Assembly: GCA_964057225.1 (NCBI GenBank)
Contig: OZ059898.1
Location: forward strand, 4,402,001 to 4,466,000
Length of the DNA: 64,000 bases
Reading direction: 5' to 3'
Source of the DNA: Auanema rhodensis
Taxonomy: Eukaryota > Animalia > Nematoda
This document shows, piece after piece, positions 14,020 to 27,260 of this stretch; position 1 is the stretch's first letter, and each line of letters begins with the position of its first letter. The position numbers and the translations under genes are program-made. The notes below the pieces were generated by a model. The model did not search any database. It worked only from the letters and a program-made list of their open reading frames with translations, and was not told the origin of the DNA.

Positions 14020-17000
14020 ATTCTGAGTACTCTTTCGTTCTCGTTAATTTCGTTCTCTTGTCTACATGTTGTGTCTATCTATCAGTCATTTCTCTTTGTA
14101 GTTTTTTTATCTTCTACTTAAGACCACCCTATAGGCATATCAGAAGCGAACAGTGCAAATAAAGGAAAAATTGAAATGAACAAAAAGAACGATGAGAATA
14201 TGAAGAATGAGGAGAACTGAGAGAATGGTAAAACGTTCATTGAAAATAGGTGGACCATTCGTGAAAATAGTTTGTCAATTGGATTTTGAGCTCAGTTTGT
14301 GTGAGTGTTTCTCACTGCTCATCAGAAATTGCAAGATAGCTCTCATAAAATTTCTTAAAAGAACTACATGTATGAATATGAAAAGAAGATGAGAATCATG
14401 AAAGAACATGATAGAAGTACGTATATGTCTATAAGAGAGAATAGAGAGATGGAAAAAGAAAAATGGGTAAAAGAAATAAAAAATGATGAGGAAAATGATG
14501 TAAAGATATGCAAGTAACAAGAAAAAGAGATCAGACGTTCAATGCATTTACTACGACCTAATTAACACTGAATGACATTTTTGACGTTCACGTATCAAAA
14601 TGTGCAAATACACTTGCCACATGAAATTTTTACTAACAATACCATTTTTTCAAAGAAAAAAAGATTTTAACAATTATATAAATAGATAATTATTTAATAT
14701 AACTTCTTTAGAATGCTCAAAATCTCTCATGGGTAGACCTTCTAGTACTTGAACATGAGACAAGAAAAATCTTGATAGCATCTCACTTGCTTACTCCTTT
14801 TCCCCTTTTTCTCTTTTTCTCACAGCAGAGCTTTGTCCTCTTGAAGTAAAAGTAATAACTGCCTGAGGACATGTAGACCTCCTTCTATTCTCTCAAAGCA
14901 ATCTTTGTTCAAATACATGCTCCGAGAAGATGAAGTCGACGACGATAATGTGGAATGAAGAAGAGAAAGATGTCTCTCACCACCATTCTTTTAAATCTTA
15001 TTCTGAGAGAAGGCCTGAAAGTAAACTTTCAACCTGAATTTCAATGCAATGAAGAAACTACTAACAAAATCCATTGAGACTTCGTAATTCGTCTTTTGCT
15101 CAAATAACTACAAGTTGCAGCTGTTTCAGACAGCAACAGAAGAACTATGTCAAGATAAGGCTCAATGCTCAAGGCGTTCTTTTATCCTTCTATTCATATC
15201 TCTCCTTCTCCATCTATTTCTCTCTTTCATTTCAATTTTTCTCTCCTTCCTGTTATACAGTGGCTTTGTTTTAATTTTTTTTAAAAAGTTCATCTATATT
15301 TACATATGTGTATAGTTGTCAATGTATATGGAAAACAGGAAGCAACAAGTAAAAGAGCAAGTGAGGGGCAAGAAATCTGCTTTTTCTCAACAAAATTTAA
15401 ATAATTTTAATTTTCAAATTAATAGTAGTTTTATAACAATATTCTTTCCGTTTAGAACAATTTCTAAATAGGAATAGTACATATCAAAAAAGTTTTGTCA
15501 CACAGAGAATGAGATGAAACAGCGTCATCAGACGATAAAATTTTGAAAATAAAAAAAGAAAAGTTTGGTGTTGATAGATGAATGAAAAGCTGAAAGGGCA
15601 GACTGATTTAGTGACACGTTTAAGCTTTCAGTCGGCTTCAAACTCGAAATATCTCCAGTTGTTCGTGGCATTTTCCATCAGTCATTCCACCCTTATTTCT
15701 CTTCCTACTCCAACCTCTCTTCCTGTTTCTCTCTCTCTCTCTCTTATCTACATCTGCTAAACTCAGTTAATCATACTATATCGTTGTGAACGAGTGAACT
15801 GACAAAAGTGGATAAAAGCCAGAAAAGGGAGGAAGGAATTTCAGTTTTGAACTGACAATAAAAAACTTAACGAGAAAAAGATTATCTAGATTTATCTATA
15901 TAATATATATATCAATCTATATCAATCTATATTATATATTTATTATTTCTAACTTTTGGATGTGAGGTCTTACTTTCAAAACTTGAGAATATGGGAACGA
16001 AGAAAAAGAAATAAAGAGTGGAAAAGAGAGTGTAAACTAACAACTGAGAAGGATAGAAAGAAAAGCTGGAAAAGAAGAATGGGCTAGGGACTTGCATCGT
16101 TTGCTTTTGAAAATCTATCGTTTTGGGAGGTTCAGTAGAGCGGAATGCTTGGACTTCTGAAGATGAGAGAGAGAGAGAAAGAAACAAAATTGAAAGAACA
16201 GCTGTTAAGATATAAAAGAAACAAGTGATCAAATGAATACGTTTATATACAAAGAAGAAAAGAAACAAGACATGTTGCCCTTAGGAAGCTTATATGGATA
16301 AGTTGCCAAAAGTTGTTACATGGTAGTAATATGAAATTGGTTATGCTACTGAATTAATAGTTTATAAAGGCGATATCACCTACATGTCAGAAAGCAGAAA
16401 TGGGATAGCTGAGTGAATGAGGGATTTTCTTGAGAATGGAATAGATGATAAGCATTGAAGAGTATGAGAGAAAAAAAGTGAGGTAAGTGTTGGTATGTGT
16501 TTGAGGGTAAAAGAAAAAGAAAAAGTGAGAAAACGAAAGATTTTCTTTGAAACGGAATAGGTGATAAGCTTTCCTCCTCATTCGTCCAAAACATAAAAGT
16601 GTGAGGAAAGGAGAGATAGATATTGAGATATTCTGTGAAACAGAATAAATGATAAACTAAAAGGAGTAAAATCAAAAAAGATAGATAAAGAGAGAGAGAG
16701 AAAGAGAGAGATAGAGAGAGAGAGAGAAATACATGAGTATGAACGGCCATCAGAATAAGAGAAAGTAATGGCGAATGACATTGTTACGCAGGTGGAATTT
16801 GAAACAGCGTGAATGAAATCATGACTACGATGAGTTCATAATGTGAGGTCGAGAATCAATAAAAAACTTTTTTCTTTAATGACGTTTGGTAAAGCCGTTC
16901 ATGCAAAAGCAGTTTTCTACCTAGATATGCCCTTAGGTAACTTCAATAAAATCATTTTCTCAATGAAGTGAATAGCATAATTTAAGATATTTAAAGTGAT

Positions 17001-18718
17001 GTGCTATTTTTTCTTCGGAAATCATCACAAAATTTGAAAAAAAAATTGGGGACGACAAAAATCAGTGTCGAAAAATATATTTAAGAATGGTCATAGATCA
17101 TAAGAAACATTGATTGAAGTTTAAAAAATATAATATTTAACCAAAAAGAATGTAATAAACATTCGAAATTAGTTAATTAGGATGACGTTGGAAGAATAAT
17201 GTTGATAGACTTATAGCAACATCCACAATGGCTGCCATCACAATTCGACATAAGATATCATCATCTTAGATTGAATCTACGGTGCGGAATTATGCTTGAC
17301 AAACGAAGCAAGATAGATCTCGTAGCTAAAACTGAAAAGAACGACAAGCGAATATGGGATATCAGAAGGCCTTGCACAACTACGGAGATGTTCCTTCGTT
17401 CGTTCGTTTGCCTACTTGCTTGGCTGTTGCTGAAAAACCGACAGTAAACTGACCTTTTATGGACAGAAGGTCGTCGAGGACGACGGGAAAATGCGATTGA
17501 ACGTCAAAAACGAAAAAAATAAAGAAGAAATGAAACATTAGCAGAAAATGACTGTAACCTGCTGAGAAAGGTAGGTTGGTAGGAAAGAAGAAAAAAAAGT
17601 GCTGCAGGAAGAGACATGAATTGAAAAAGAAGTTTAAGACGATGAAGTAGATGAGGAACTGATTGAACGATAGCACGAAGAAAAAATGTAAACGGCAATA
17701 AAAGGATTGAAAATGGGTGGACAACGATGTGAAATAAAAAAAGAAAAAGTATTGAGGTTGTCAAATTCTTTTTTTAAAAAAAGCCACAGAAATAAAAGAA
17801 TATTTAAAGAAAAGATAAGATGAAAAGAAAATTTGATGGATAAAGATTAGAAAATTTACATAAGTATACGGTAGATTTTAATATAAATTAATTAAAAAAC
17901 TATTATTGATTAATATAATTTTTCAGGTAAATATAAAGATGAAAAAAGTAAAAGTATTCTCATATAGTATATAATATATAATATATATTTGAAAATAGAA
18001 TAATAATAAAAGGAAAACTAATAACATGAGGTCAAGGGATGAGCATGGCAACATCCGGATCATAATGAGCTGTATTAGAGAAAAGAAGCTGTTGAGAATG
18101 AGAAAAGAGGAAGTTATGACAATATGCAATGGCGTTTGATAAATGACACCAAAGACACACACAGACACAATCGGACGGAAGGAAGGAAGAATGAGCTTTG
18201 AAGAAGTTATGAAGACGAAGATGAAGGGAGAAAGTCTTGATGAGCTTGTTATGATGAGCAATAGCTATTATAATTTTCTTTCTCTGTTTTTGAAAAGAAT
18301 GAATACAAGCAATATCAAAATTATTAGAAAAGCTGGATTACATGAAGAGAAGGGGAACTTCAAAATCTGAGAAATGAGGAACGACGATCAAGTTCATCCG
18401 ATAAATTTGAAGAAGAAAAACTGGCTGAGACGTTTTCAATAGGGTTAACAAACCACTGAGATATTAGAATTCGAGTATTCTACTTTGATTCAGAGCAGTT
18501 CAACTGATTCTCAAAGGTCATAAAGATGATGGCGATGCTATACAAGGGGATGAAGAACAGATGAGAAAAACCGAATCTGCTCGAGCTGAAGCAGAAGGAC
18601 GAGCATCAAACGTCTAAACTGATCATGCGAAGGCTTCATCTACTGTGATGGTGACAAGCCGAGTGGAAATGCAGCCCAAGTAGAAAAGGAAAGACTGAAA
18701 AGATAGGAAAATTAAAGG

Positions 18719-18721
<3 letters not shown>

Positions 18722-18772
<51 letters not shown>
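18722..18772. repeat. (AG)n microsatellite
   Basis: Pure AG run. Confidence 0.95.
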
Positions 18773-18775
<3 letters not shown>

Positions 18776-21700
18776 CTAAAGAAAGAACTTTAGAGTCGAA
18801 TGAGGTATATGTATATAGTAAATTTTTTTTTTGAGATATGATAAGGACTTAACAATTTATTTTATCGATGTAAATACATAAGATGTGATTATAACTGATT
18901 CAAAACGATGATTATATTCGGATTCTTCAACGATTCAGTTGTTTCTGATTTGAGTAATAGAACTTATTTTAGAACTGAAAATAAATTCATGTCAGATCCT
19001 CGCTTGTGTGTAAGTGAAATAATAGAAAAAAGTGCAAAATTGACCAAAAAGGGTGAAGTATACTGTGTAGACGAATGGGTTATCCCAATGTTTCTTAACT
19101 CCCATATCCTATACGATTCCCGTCCCACTTTCCTCGTGCTCAATTCTATTCCTCTATCCATCTCCTGTTTTTTTCTCTTTCCCTCTGTCTTATATTTTCA
19201 TTCTATTTCAATTTCGTTTTCTCTTTTCTTCATTTTTCTTTGGCACTTTGACATGTTTCCTTTACGCACTCTCTTTCTTTCTCTCCCTCTTTCCTCTCTC
19301 TTTCTCTAAAGATACTGATATAACTAGACTGGCTCTTTCATAGAGATAAGAAAAGAAGAAAATGAGAAGAAAGACAGACATACTGGTGGGTCTTTGACGA
19401 CAACCATGTTGAGCATTTTGTTCTGAACTCTCAAAAGCATCTTTTCACTATCAATCTTTGTTTTCTCTACCTTTCTCTTCTTTCTTCTTATCTCTATACA
19501 TCCGTAGTTAGAATGTTGCGAGAAGTTGGAATCAAAGAGAGGCATAACTGCTATAGAGAAGATAAAAAGATGAAAAACGAGCAAAAGATGAAGAGAAGCG
19601 GAGAGAGAAACAGAAAAAGAAAAAAAAGGCACAGCCGAAAAAAGAGCAACTGGGAGTTGATGATGGATAGAGAGATCCACTAGCCGACGGTGGCAAGCAG
19701 CACGATAGTCTGCTAGCCATCCGATTCTAGAGTCAGCCAGAAAAGTCCTCGATAACAGCGAAAGATGGAACGTGGAGGTTCTATCGGTGGATATTCTGAG
19801 AAAACAGCGATTACCCAGAGCCTTCAGGCATCTTGCTCGGGTAAATGAATCTTGTGTTCTCATTCTGCCTTTGCTAGACATCAAAGGACAATTCCGCTAA
19901 TGTGCTTACAAGGGAAGGAAGAATTTAGTTTCATCGTAGAATATACTCAGAAATACCAAAAAATGATAAAAGCTCATCTATTTTAGAAAATAGGAATAAA
20001 GAGATTTGATAACACTCATGGGATGTTCAGTTTATTCATTTACAAAAATCTTTCTTGTTTCTAGAGTTGTCAGATTTCTCTCTCTCCCTCTTTCTCATTT
20101 TTTTTATTTTGCCTGTTCATATATCATTCCTCTCAAATGTTTCTCATATATGCTTTGCTATATATATTTCACTTTTCAACATTTGAAAACAAAACGTTCA
20201 AAGGGCTTGTCAGTTATAATACCTTGTTGATAAAATAGCTGGCTATTGCTATCGTCAACTATTCTTTCAAGGCTTTTCCGCTCTCACTAGTCAACCACCC
20301 ATCCAGCTGTCCCTTGACGGACGGAGGACCGCCTGGTCCCACGCAAAGTACACGCCGAGAAAGAGAGTGACAAGCTAAGAGAGAGAATATGTAAAGAATA
20401 GAAAGAGATAATGATAAAAATAAAGAGAAGAAGCATGACAGAGTAAAAAATGAAATAGAAACTGAAGTAAAGAAAGAAAGAGAGAGAAAGAGAGAGATAA
20501 GCTAGCTAGTTAGTGTGATGACGATGAGCCAATATAATGCCGTAGGACACATTTGGCGTTGAAAAACGGCTGCGAGTTATTACTAACGTTGCTCTCTTTG
20601 CTCTCAAACGACTCATTTAGCCATTCCCATTGAATATCTCAAAATTTAACGAGAATAGCATAAGTTTAATTCAAATGATGATGCTGATATTGGCAAAAGG
20701 CTGAATTTCTTTTTAAATTTATCTCTTGAACCACAAAATGAAAAAGGAAATGAATACAGTAGGTAAATCATTCATATTAATAAATGAAGAAGAATAACTA
20801 AATAGTTAGTTAATCATACAATGTAAAGCTAAACTCCTGTTTATGTTCTATGATCTTCCACAGCACATTACTAACTGCACAGCTTTTCCTCGTCTACATC
20901 GTAGGGAAAAGAAACGACAGGAAGCTGAACTCGGTTTAGATTCTTACTGCTGCTGGAGGTCGGCAACAACTTCAGTTAACCCTGCTCGTTTAGAAAAGAA
21001 AAAAAGATTCGTTTGACTCTATCCAATCGGAAGTTGGCTTCTTGGACAAGGGCATATGAGGCGACTAGTGGACTCGTCAACCTCCTCAATTGCTTAGAAG
21101 TCACCTGTCTGTGCTTAAACTTTCAGTACGAATCAAAAAAGTTGCCACAAAAGAATGTAAAAGTAAAATGCATAGTTATAGAAATATTGTGGAAAGAGTG
21201 ATGATCATAATTTTGTTTCCATATTCCTTGTTGGGGGCAGTTTTTGGTGTCCCACGACGATGTTCACTGTATAGCTTTTTCTCTCTCCTAACGACCTCAA
21301 TTTAGCAGTTTGAGTGAAACTCAACCATATATAGATGTCCAACTTGAGCTTCATGTTACAAATTTAAAGAAGAGGGTGGATTAAACCGATGTGAAGATAC
21401 GAAGTAGAGCATTGGATGTAACGATATGTAAGATAAGAATGTTCCGAAATGCGAAAATGAGCAAAAAACAGATCTGTAATTTAAGAAATAAAGGGTTTAT
21501 AGACTCTTATATCTCAAATATTTTGAAAGAATTTAGTACTTCTATAAAGAAACTAATGAGTTTGAATGTTCACCTTTTGAGCATATAATGGGGCAAAATG
21601 AGCATGAAGAGAGATTGAGTGATGAAGATAAAAGAAAAGAAGAAGAGAAGCAGATCACACAAAAGAAAATGTTGAAGTGGCGATGAAAGAGATAGAAGAC

Positions 21701-22069
21701 AGTAAAATGATAATTTTAGAATAAATGAAAGAAAAGAAATATAAAGTTTGTATGTATAAACATTAAATAAGACAAAGAGAGTATAGTAAGTATACTCTCA
21801 TATACTACATGGCTGATATGTGTTGATAATGAAGATGATACATACATTTAGTGAAATCAAACGAAGTATTTGAAGATGACGATAACGTTGGAAGAGGAGG
21901 ACGAGATGAAAGAGAAGGGCAAGAGAACTAGAAACACGGAGCCATGATGTTGAGTGAAAAAGACGAAGAGACACTGGAAAATACGAAAGATGGAGAGAAA
22001 GAGAAGAAAGATAGAGGGAGAAAGGGAAAGAGAGACGAGACTAGTGAAAGAGGATGCTGGAGGGCAGAG

Positions 22070-22232
22070 AATCGAAAAACAGCTGCGGCCAAAGGAGGGA
22101 TCGTGATATTCGAGTAGACTGCAGACGCCCTGAGTGACAAGAGTCCGATGGAATGTTGCGTTCCGCCGCTATTGGAGGTCCAAGCTAGTCGTCGGCCATT
22201 CAGGGCTCACTCGCCCTTTTCTCTCTTTTATA
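22070..22232 (-). promoter_or_regulatory. Candidate TATA-containing distal promoter directed towards the left gene
   Basis: TATAAAAG on the minus strand (22232-22225), followed by a GC-rich island and then a pyrimidine-rich (minus-strand) tract. Contains AATGTTGCG at 22152. Confidence 0.4.
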
Positions 22233-25200
22233 GCCTGAAGGGGTAATGAAGGAAAACACTAGAGTAGAAAGCCAAAGCAGACAGAACTGCTAGTGGTTGA
22301 AGCGGTAGAAATAATGAAAATGACAAATGGGATAGTAGAGGAAAACGTGATGAAAATCAAGTAATCACATATATAATTGAATATGATATAGATAACTATC
22401 TGCCTGACATAAAAGACTTGAGAATCTGTTGAAAAAGTCATTGTAACTTCTTCTTATTAGCTACGCAAATCTTCCTGCAATGAAGCAATTCGATTAGATA
22501 GGCAAGCAGAAACAAATTAATTGCTTCTGGACTCTCTGAGCTTGTCTCGTTTAATAGGTTCTCTTGTTGCACTGAAGGAGGTCTATACACAGACACATGT
22601 GTCACAGAAATTTCAACAGTGACAAGCCCCATAAATGGCTTTTGGGTTCTTCCTTGCAAATCCAGGCTTTCAGAAAAGGCTTAAATTCCGAATTCTATTT
22701 CTGGTCATTGAAAGAATAATCAGTACTATGAAACTAGATAGAGAAATGCTTCCCAGAGAAGAGATCGCCACATTCAAACTTTGGAAGAGATTGAGAGCGA
22801 AGAAACGTAATTAAAGAAATCGAAGGAATAATGGTTTTGTTGATCCCCCGATCTTTATTTGATGGGTTTGACCTAGTTGGAGAACTTTTTGATGAAATAT
22901 GCTCATGTGATTGAAAAGAAGTAACAGCTTAAATTGTAATACTTAGAAACTTTAAAACAGCCTTCATGTAGTTAAGATCCTAACGATGATCACGCACTAC
23001 AGATCTATATATATATTTCATAATATATGTATATATAACTAATGCTTTTATTCTTATATTCTTGATCTTCTCATCGTCTATTCTAAGCTTTTTGTTAGCT
23101 TGGGCTTTTTCTTAACGAAAAACTTGCCAGACGAATAGGGGAACGATGACGATCTTCGAGGCAGCTGATTGGCCCCCGGATGCCCTTTGAAAGAAACGAA
23201 GTGAGGAGTGCATACGAAATCGATGAGAATTAGAGAAGAAGAGACGCAAAAAAGGATAAGTGCCCTGGGGTCTTAGACGCTGTCCGACAGCTTTTGCTTT
23301 AGATGATGATGATGTTGAGTTCATCGGCCGTTTGTGGCAATGTCGTCCGTCATCTTCAATGTGTGTTCGTCGATAGTTTATTGAAATGGCCCGGCAGTTG
23401 TTTCAAGCTGACTTATTTAGAAAAGCCAGAAAGTCGTTCCTTTACATGCCGAACATCTTTGTCCGAAACAGTTACATGAAAAATGAAGAGAAAAGTCCAG
23501 AAAAGTGCATATCAATCATTATATTTATAAATATAGAAATATATTAAAATTTTAATATTTCAAAGAAGTTCTTTTCTTCTAAAAAAAAGTTTCAAATGGA
23601 ATAAATGAATGTGGTGAAGCTAAATCACGCAGAGAACAGCAAACAAAAGGCTTTCCTCTAAAGAATTGAAAACGGAAAAGAGAAGCAGCTAAATAATTCG
23701 AAGTACGCAACTGGTACAAAGTAAATTATTTGAAAAAAAAAAGAAGAAAAGAAAATATAAATATATAAAATATACTAATATATGTATATATGTATATTCT
23801 AATTGCAAAAGGTAATCTGTTTAATACTTAATTGGAAATTTTTCTAATATATACATACTGATTAGAATGATATATGTATATCAATATAATTTATATTAAT
23901 CAAAGAGTACATTGACACTTCCTCAGATATAAGTTGTTCCTAATCTGTAAGTCAGAAGATATCTACGAATAAGGGAAAACGACGACAAGTGTAGGCAGAA
24001 GTGAATAATTCATTGAAAGTCTTCTTTTTCTTTTTTTTTGCAAAGTTACACGAGAGCAAGAAAATGAGAGAAGAAAAGAAGAGAAAGATTAAGTCTGAGA
24101 GAAATGAAATAAGTGAATTCATTTCAAAAGTAAAACTAATATTCTTTTTGATAGTTAAAGATATTTATAAAATTCAAAATGATTATATGATTATAATTAA
24201 TGAATATTTATCATATATTCATCTAAAATTATTATTTTTTTGAATGTTTATATTGGATATAAAGTTAGATAAACCCCCAAAGAAAATAATTCTTCAAAAC
24301 TTCTATCCTTATCTTTCACTGATTTTTTTGGAGTTTGGTTTGAAAAATGATGAAAAACGATAGATTTGTTGAGAAATCCTACTGTAGACGCTGAATGACT
24401 GATAATGGCTAGTACTTGCCGTATAGTTGTGGTTCAGAGCATTTGCTTTTGAAATGATGCTGCCTGAGGGCAAAAAACTCGTTCCCGCGTCATTTAATCG
24501 TTCAAGCCGCAACATCGAAGAGGGTGGTTAAAGAAGACAAGATAAAAAATGTATAGGAAAGGGAGATGGGAGGGGGGAAATAGAGAAAGAAAACAAAGAA
24601 ACCACTGATTTTAGGAAGGAAATGAGGGATTGACATAAAGCTGTTCCAATTTCATTGAAATCAAACGAATATTTCGGTTTTACATCAATTAAATGAGTCA
24701 AAACCTTATATTAAAAATATAAATTAAAAACCCAATATACATATATTTTAAAAAAAAAGTGATGAGTATTTAATAAAAAGAATATTCGTTACGTTGGAGC
24801 TTTTTTTTCAAATTTTAATGTAGTTACAAGTGACAGGAAGAGGAAAAAGTTGAAAAAAAAAGAATAAATGAGAAAATGAGGGCCAGATAGAAGCGAAAAC
24901 GAAAAAAAAAAAGAAAATGAGATGATAGAGAATAAGAGAGAAAGGAATAGGCAACAGAAAGCTTAGTTCATGCTACTGATGTTGTAATGAGCATGATCTA
25001 CACTGACTAATTGAAGATGGAATAACCTCAAGCTGAAAACAAAAAAAATGAAACAGCAATTTAAATAAAATCTGCTTTCGGTCCTAAGGAATAACGTGAA
25101 TATCTTTTTCCTTTTCATCAAACTTTTGATTTTCAGTGGCCACACTTGAAACTATTTTAAATAGTGATGTAACTTGAACAGAGCTATGAAGATAATGTGT

Positions 25201-27227
25201 GAAAAGAGAGAAATAATCAGAAGAAAGACAGCCGTCTATTGACGGTGGGAGTAAATCTAGCTATTAATGATCAGAAGCTAATTAATAATACTTGACAACA
25301 GTCTTTTCTCTTTCCGACACCCTCCTACTGAAAGTGTATTCTGAGAAAATGAGCTTATAGTATAAGAATGTAAGGAAGATGAGAAAACGATGAAATGAAG
25401 ATCTGAGTTTAGCTCGTACGAAGAGACGTTTTTGAAGAAAAAAATGAACAAGAGGTGAACAGATACTTATATCTCGATCCATTACATAAAGTACGAGAGA
25501 CAGCTGTCAAGATACTGAGACATCACTGTTGTGGGTCGTTGTTCCAAGATTCAATGCCAATTAAAAGCACTAACAAGTCTTTATATACATGTATATCAAG
25601 TAATGTTCTAAAGAATATTTACCCGTTAAGCCTTGTAAAACATTAAAAATTCTAAATGTCTATCATGTCTGAATTAGGATTAAATGACCAACAAAAGCTA
25701 AGAATAGTCAGAATAATGAAAGCGCAAAACAAGTACTTGAAAAGCTTGGACATCGTCAATTAATTGAAGGCTTATGTTTGAATGCTTAACTAAAGATTTC
25801 AACGTGAGTCTAATATATAAGAATTAAGGAAGCGTTTCCTAGGAATATGATGATCATTTCTAAAATAACATGTTTTGTGCTCCATATAAGTTATTCAACA
25901 TAGAAGCTTGCAGCATGTAGTATACATTTCTGAAAAAAAAATGTTTTTAAAAGATCGAATATGAAACATTTGTGAAGTATGAAGATGATGGAACGACAGA
26001 AACAAACTAAAACGGAAAAAGTTATAAAGAAATATAACGAAAACTATAAAGAATATTCAAAACTAAAGGTAATAAAGACTAAAATAGGAAAATATTGGTT
26101 TATTCATATGTCAAGGAAACTTAAAAAAAGATGAGAAACAAAGCAAAAATTGTAGATGAACATGATGATTATGGTTCTATGACGTTTTCATTTTAAAATA
26201 AGCTTTATAGAAATGAGCTTTGAGATTATATATAGATTCAACACATGAATCACAACATACATATACAGAATACAATATTTCAAAGCTAATATGAAGGTCA
26301 TTACTTCATTTATAACATGAAAAAAGGACGATTGTTCTACATTGACACTTGTAAATGACAATTGATAGAGATTCTAACGGCTTGTCTGAGCCATATTTCA
26401 CTACAAGACGACATATCGCAGCTAGCCAAAGACTAAGACAAGACGACAACGACGTAAATGGCAACAACGGACGGAAAAACCTGGCCTATTATAGCATTGA
26501 CAGAATTCAACGTCGCCAATAAAAGACAACAAAAGGCTAAGAAAGAGAGGAACGATAGAAATATGTGTGTTTGAACTTCATTTTTCATTTTTGAAATTCA
26601 TATTTTTAGTTTAATTTCATGTAATTAAAGTATTTATTACAGGATTATAAGTTTTAAAATATAAGATTAATGAATAGAAATTGAATTTAGAAAATTCAAA
26701 TAAAATAATTTAAGGATAAAAGTATTTGAATAGTTTCATCTTAATTGGCAAAAGGATTTAACAGACCGCCATTGAAGTGAAATGAGACGCTTCGTTCCGT
26801 CAAATTCAAGAAATCTGCTCAGCTGAATGGAAAGGGAAAATAAAAAAAAGAAATATTTATAATATTCAAATTATGATAATCAATTCTAAAAGATATTTGT
26901 TTAATAATAGTAATTTCATTATGATTTCAAGGATTTCTTCTTTCGTGTTTTTTTTCCAAATTAGAACGAAGCTTATTGAACGGAAAGCAATCAATGAATC
27001 ATCTATATTTCTTAGAAAAGCTAGCAAAGGGCAAAAAAAAAAGAATAAACGATGAGGAACGAGAATGTATGTATCTATCTACCTATATGTACATATTAGT
27101 ACAAAAATGGAAATAAAATGTTGTCTAAAAAAGTACAAATATCAAATAACGATTAAAGAACAAAAAAAAAAGTTTCTTCTTCTTTTTCTAATTTTTATTG
27201 TATCAATTTATAAATTGTGAATAAATA

Positions 27228-27260
27228 GAAGAAGAAGAAGAAGAAGAAGAAGAAGAAGAA
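27228..27260. repeat. (GAA)11 microsatellite
   Basis: Seen directly. Confidence 0.95.

Noticed and set aside
18801-18822. TGAGGTATATGTATATAGTA, resembling a let-7 family miRNA
   Set aside because: The seed is GAGGTAT rather than GAGGTAG, and I found no pairing arm.
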